20,000 nucleotides of DNA, taken from IMG/VR virus record IMGVR_UViG_3300008448_000047. The stretch is one strand, 5' to 3'. Source of the stretch: an uncultured virus (IMG/VR IMGVR_UViG_3300008448_000047). Its lineage: Duplodnaviria > Heunggongvirae > Uroviricota > Caudoviricetes. Below, one piece after another: positions 9,101-15,100 of this stretch (the first letter of the stretch is position 1; each line of letters starts with the position of its first letter). Made by a program: the position numbers and the translations under genes. Below the pieces are notes generated by a model. It was not told where the DNA came from and made no database searches. It saw only the letters and a list, made by a program, of their open reading frames with translations.

Positions 9101-12100
9101 TTCGCCAATGTTGGCTTTGTAAACATCAAACGTAAGTTTTGGATGCTGTTTCGTAAGTTCAGATTGGTCATATGAACTAGGAAGATTTTGCAATCCAAGA
9201 CGTTTTTGAACGCTGTCATCAAGAGGAGGGAACGACGATGACATGCGACCCGATATTGAACCAGGAGAAGAGCTCATTGATGGGCCACGCCCACCACCGG
9301 TCATTCTCCTGATTAGCTCAGCTAGCACTTCTTCGTCAGTTGCATCCGGACCAAGGTCACGCCTAACTTGTTGTTCTACGAAGTAGGCATTAGCAGGGCT
9401 ACCTGAAGTTGGATTAAATGGCCCACGAGGTCCAGAAGATGGGCCAGGTCCTCCTTGTCCATCGTCATCAATCTCACCGTCACCACCAAGGTCTCGCGTA
9501 CCTCTACCCTCACCCCATAGAGCACTTCCTGCTGGGCGTGATGGCTGTATGCCGTGGCGAGTCCAGTCTGACCATTCGTCAAATTCTTTTTCGACCCATT
9601 GGCGTTGCGGGAACACGGTTGACTGAGTAAACGGAGCGGTAGGCCAGTCGTCTCTATTTGCGTTATGCCGCGGCCATAGGCGACCCTTATCGTCATATAA
9701 ATATAGGTCTTGGTCTGTGTATTGACTTACGTCAATGTCATCGTCAGCAATGTCTGTGTTATTTGGTCTCGCCGAAGAAGATTGGCGTGAAGTTCGTCCT
9801 GCTCGCCATGAATCGTATTGGTTTCTTAACCTGCTATTGCTTAGTGTTTCCCATGCGAATCCAAGTTCTTTGAATTGCTCAGTAGCATCTGGAGAATTGT
9901 TAACGTCTGGGTGAAGCACGCGAGATTTAGCTCTAAAGGCTTTTTTTAGCTCTTCGTCTGTTGCTGTTTCCGAAACTCCAATTATGTCGTATAGGTCTCT
10001 AGATTGAGCCCACTGTCTCGGGTTTGACATTCTCCCGCTAATGGAATTGTTTTCCTCGACAGCATTTAGGAATTCAAACATCTCATTATCGCCAAGCGGC
10101 ATGTAGAAGCCGGCATTTATATATGCCTGGCGACCCTTTGGCGTGTTCGTTTTGTATGTTTCCATCAGCTCTGGGATGTTCCTATGGCGCTGCCATTCAG
10201 GACTGTCTGGCTGCCACATTCTCCATGGCCAAGATGCGGATTCAATCATTTCATGCATGTCGAGAGAAAAATCAATCATTTCTCTCTTCATCCACAAATC
10301 TTCCATCAAAGATTTGCGAGCTTTATTCATTGCTCGCTTAGCAATTTCTTCTCTATCTCCTGAAAACCGTGAGCCTGACTTTCGTGCGGCATCCACGACA
10401 GCCTCTAGGACAGATTCATCTATTGTCCTTTTTATGTAAGCACCGAGCGCCGCCATTTTGTCTATGCCTTCTTGCCCTCCAAATACTGGATGCATATAAG
10501 CCGACGTAGATGAAAGATTCTGTATTTGGTCTCTCATTTCCTGGCGAATATCTTTTACTTTTTCGCGCAAAGCAGACATAGGGGATGTCATGTAAGAACG
10601 TTTTTCTGCGTTAAATTTGTTAGCGCTCTTTGCTACGTCTGACATTTTGCCAGATATTGCCCTAGTTGCCTTCGGTGGATTTTTTTCGAACAAGAATGAC
10701 GGAGAAATCCACTCTTTAGGTATCGCCTTATATATGTTGGCGTCAAAGTTTCTTGAAAGAGGAGAAACTCCGGATTCCATATGCATTTTACGCATTGCCG
10801 AGTTATACATGCGTATTGCAGCTTTCTTCGGCATGTTTGTTCTTTCGGAGAATTGGAATATATTTTCTCCGTCCGACAAGCGACGCATCATTTGAATTTC
10901 ACCAGCGTTCAATGCTGAACCAAACTGCGAAATTGATTGTTTGATTGCTGCTCTCTCTAGAGGAGCATTTGAATTTTTCCATCTGGCGTATCGCTTTACT
11001 ATGCCATCGACCATTTTTTCGGTCATGCCAAGGTCTTCTGCTATGCGGTTTAGTGGCTGCTTGCCATGAACATAACGCATAAAAATATCTTGTTCTGCAA
11101 ATAAGGATTCTGGATTTGAAGACCATGCACCGGCAGACTTAAACATTTTCGGGTTGCGAGCTTTTAGGTTGTCTATTATCGATGCTTCTACTTCCCCGTA
11201 TCGCTCCACCGACATACCCATAAATTTTGCTACAGAGGCACGCGATGCTCCATGTAGTCGCTGCACCATCGCCGCTTTTTCTGCTCCAGAAATAAAAGAA
11301 TCATTCATAATTGCTTTGCGCAATGCTGCATTTATGGCCGGCTCTCTATTGCCGATTGAAGACTCTACTTTTACAACAACATCCATTGCTTCCGTAAAAG
11401 ATATTTTGTTCTTTTTTGCCAAGTCTCTAATTGAGCCTCCGCTGGATATCATCTCGTCAAACATTTTTCGCTCTGAAGCTGAAACATTGTCTGAAGTTTT
11501 AGACAACTGTATTCCGCTATAGAGAACGTAACGATTTATATCCTCTTCACTGACGCCATTTTCTTGGCGCAGCTTATTTTTTATTTCGTCAGACGACATG
11601 CCTCTTAAGTGCATGTCGTTCATGTTGTTTTCAAACCCTTCACCCATGCGTCCAGATATTGACGGACCAAAATTTGAACCAACTCTGGATAGACGGTTTT
11701 CACGGGTTCTTTCTACGTCCGCGGCAATAGATTCTGGAGTTACCTCTCTGCCCATTAGCCTCATGCGGGATATTGAGCCGAGCCTCATCATGTCGTCTGA
11801 TGGAGCTAGTTCCCAAGCGGAATATGAACCAAGGTTTTTTTCGTCAAAAAGTTTTATCTTGTCGGCTTTTGCTCTGCCTTTATTCAGTTCTTTGCGCCAG
11901 CTGTTTGAAATTTCAATTAGTTCTTTATTCCTAGCACGCGTTGCTCTTTCAACACGGTCTAAACCTGTTCTTAAACTTTCGTAGTCAGGACCATAGTTTG
12001 CCGGGTCATCAACTTCCAGAGCCATAGCGTTCTTAATCCACGCGACATGTCCGAACCCGATTGGAAGTTTTCCGTCCGCTATATCCTGAACAGGGAACCA

Positions 12101-15100
12101 TTGCGCTCTCAGCGCGTCATCTCCAGCCTTAAAGGCAGCGTCTGGAGATACAAACAACGCAGTACCACTGACCTCTACGCCTTTTGTAAAGCGCACATCC
12201 CAGTCTGGTGCTGTTATTGTTCCTATCTGCTTAACGCGCGCATCTGTCGGACTTACTTTTAGTCCTACTTCCTCTTCTAGTTCACGCAATGCTGTCTCTA
12301 GTGCGGTTTCGCCAGGGTCAGCAAACCCTCCAGGGAGAACCCATGCACCGGTATCGTCTTTGTGTGGACCGAACGCTCTTTGTATAAGAAGAACCATTAG
12401 CGCCCCCGTATCAGGGTCGCGACTAAATATTGCCGTATCTGACGCTTTCTGTGGGACGCCCTTATCAAGGTCTAGTGCATATTGGTTAATTTTGCCTTCA
12501 ATAGTGTCGTAAACAGTGCTGCGTATGTCGCTTATCTTGTGTGAGTCCAGCGTCATAAAATCACGCAATTCATTACTCACGCCGTTAGCAATTAGCTCCT
12601 GAATCTCAGGCATTTGCTCCCATGGACGAGGATAATTTTTAGATATAACGCTTGTTTCTGCGCCCTTGGCTTTTTCACTGGCCAATAAACCTAATTCATC
12701 TGATTTGAAAGGTCCGTCGATAACATTTTTTGTATCTGCATCTACAAGATAAAGACCTTCTACTGGCTTAAAAACGCTGTCTTTCAGAGTTATTTGTTCA
12801 AGCTTGTAGTTCTGCTTTTTCTTGCCCCTGAAAGGCGAGGTCATCCGGAAACTATTTCTAGCTGTTAAATATTCTCGCTGCCATCTCTCAGGGTTGTATC
12901 TTGCAACTCTGCTAGCGTTGCTTAGCGTTCTCCTCAATCCCATCTGACCAGAAATCGTTGGTCGCGTTGCATCCATAGACGAACGGAATGCATTTATTAT
13001 TGCTTCGTCTGGGGAGACGGTGGAAGCACCGCGTGTTCTGTTCGGCAGCGGTGCAGTCACATCTTTTGATACGGCAACGACAAAGTCTGGATTTGAGTAG
13101 AGGGCTCTAAAGTAGTCTTTCTCCACCGGTGATAGATGTTTAAAGTAGTCAACGTTCTCGGGGTTCATTAATGCAGCAAATGAATGCTCATTAGATGCTC
13201 CAAGGAACTTCCCACTTCCTCCAGAAAATGCCGTCCTCATTGCTCTTGTAATTGGCATTTCGTCAGAATCGTAGCCAAGCAGCATTGATGAAGGTTTGTT
13301 TTTGCGGCGTCCCGAAACAAGTACGCGAGCTGCTTTCCGTGAATATTCATCGTAAAGGTTCGGCCCACCGCTTCGCATGAAGCCAGATATTCCCATGCCT
13401 CGACCCTCTTGCCGCGCCCCCTCTATGGTTCTTTTTACTTCACGAAGCTGCTGGACTCGAGAATCTGCTGTTCTTGTTGCATACGCAGTTGTTCCAGCAA
13501 GACCTTCGTTTCCGTATTTACGTGCGTGAAGCTGATGAGCCTTTAGTGTTCCCTGCAGCGGACCTACATATTCGCGAGTAATTTCACCATTTTCGTTTCG
13601 CTCGATGTAACCCCAGTTTTGTCTCCACCAGCGATATATGCGGTTAGCATGGCGTGCCCGACTTATTTGTGTTGGGTCATAACCTTCATCAAACGCCTGA
13701 GGCCATCCCCTCGTGTCGTCGTCAGTTACTTCGCCAGTGTATGGCTCCTGATAGAGGGCTTTTGCTCTACGGCTTGGGCTGTCAGTTATGGTCCCATCTG
13801 GTTCCATAAATATTGCGCGACGAGCGGTTGGAACAGGATATGACTCAGCAAGGTCAAGAGCGGCTTTTCTTAACCGAGCATCATGTCCGCGTTCAATTCT
13901 GTATGCCTGGTCAGCAAACCATTTCTTTCTTTCTGTTTCTTCAATCAGACCATCAATAGAGCTAATGATTTGTTGTGGGCTTTGGCCGCTAAATAGACGG
14001 GTTAGGTCGTCACGCAAGCGCTCAAGCTGGCTTCTCCTAAACGCCTCTTGACGCGCTGTATCAGAATTGAAAGCCTGGTCTGCTGCATTGAGAAGTTTTG
14101 TTACATCTGAAGTTTTGATGTTGTTATCTATTGCGTACTGTGTTGCTGCAGCTTTAACCAAGTCACGCAAATCAATTGGCTGAGGAGGCCTATTTGTGTC
14201 CGGCTGGTCTGCACCAAAAATAATCAGTTCATGGCTTATTTCTTGCGGAGTTCTTCCTGATTGAAGAAGGTTCCAAACCTGCTCTCGAGCTTTGCGAGAA
14301 TCTTGTCCAGTTCCCGTAACGTAAAGCTCGCGGGCTTCCTTTGCAGCCTCTACAAACTGGTTCTGTAGCTGTAGTGCACCCCAGTCGTCATAAACACCAA
14401 GTGCTGGGTCATACTGGCGACTTGCAGTTGCATAAGAGCCTTTTGACGATGCTTGTTTTCCTTGTTTATTTAGAATTCGCTGGAACATGCGCAATGCAGA
14501 GTCCCAGTTGATGTTCCTTGGTATAAAAGGTATGCCCTTGCGAAGTCTTGGTCCGCCCGGGTCGGAAAGTCCAACTCCATCACCTTGTATTCCACCAAGG
14601 TTTGGTGTTGGCATCTGTCCTGAGCTTGATGGGGTCGGCGGCATTGTTCCCATTGCTTGTCCGACAAAATAATCAATTAATTCGGGCGGGAGGTCAATGT
14701 ATCTTTGGTCGATATGACCGTTGTGTGGGTCTGTCCACTCACTTGGCTTTAGTATTTCGAGAAGGTCAGCTTGAAACTGTTTCGGCGCATACTTGAGAAT
14801 CAATTCTTCTAGTTCGTCAAGTGGGATTAGGGTTACGCCGTCGTCTTCGACGTTGTCCGGGTGTTGAGCCCACGTTGCTGGGTCGTCGGTTACGCCAAGC
14901 TCTTCGGGGGAACCGTGTTCTGTGTTCCATACCCAATCTTCATCGAGAACACCAAACTCATCACGTATTGGGCGCTCAGGCTGCGGTTCTTCAAACTCTT
15001 CGTCTTCTTCTGGCTCTTGAATCCATCCTGCCTCAAGACCAACCTGTGTCCATTGCTGATACTCTGCATTCAAAGCGTCTATGGCGTCTTTAGCTTCTAG

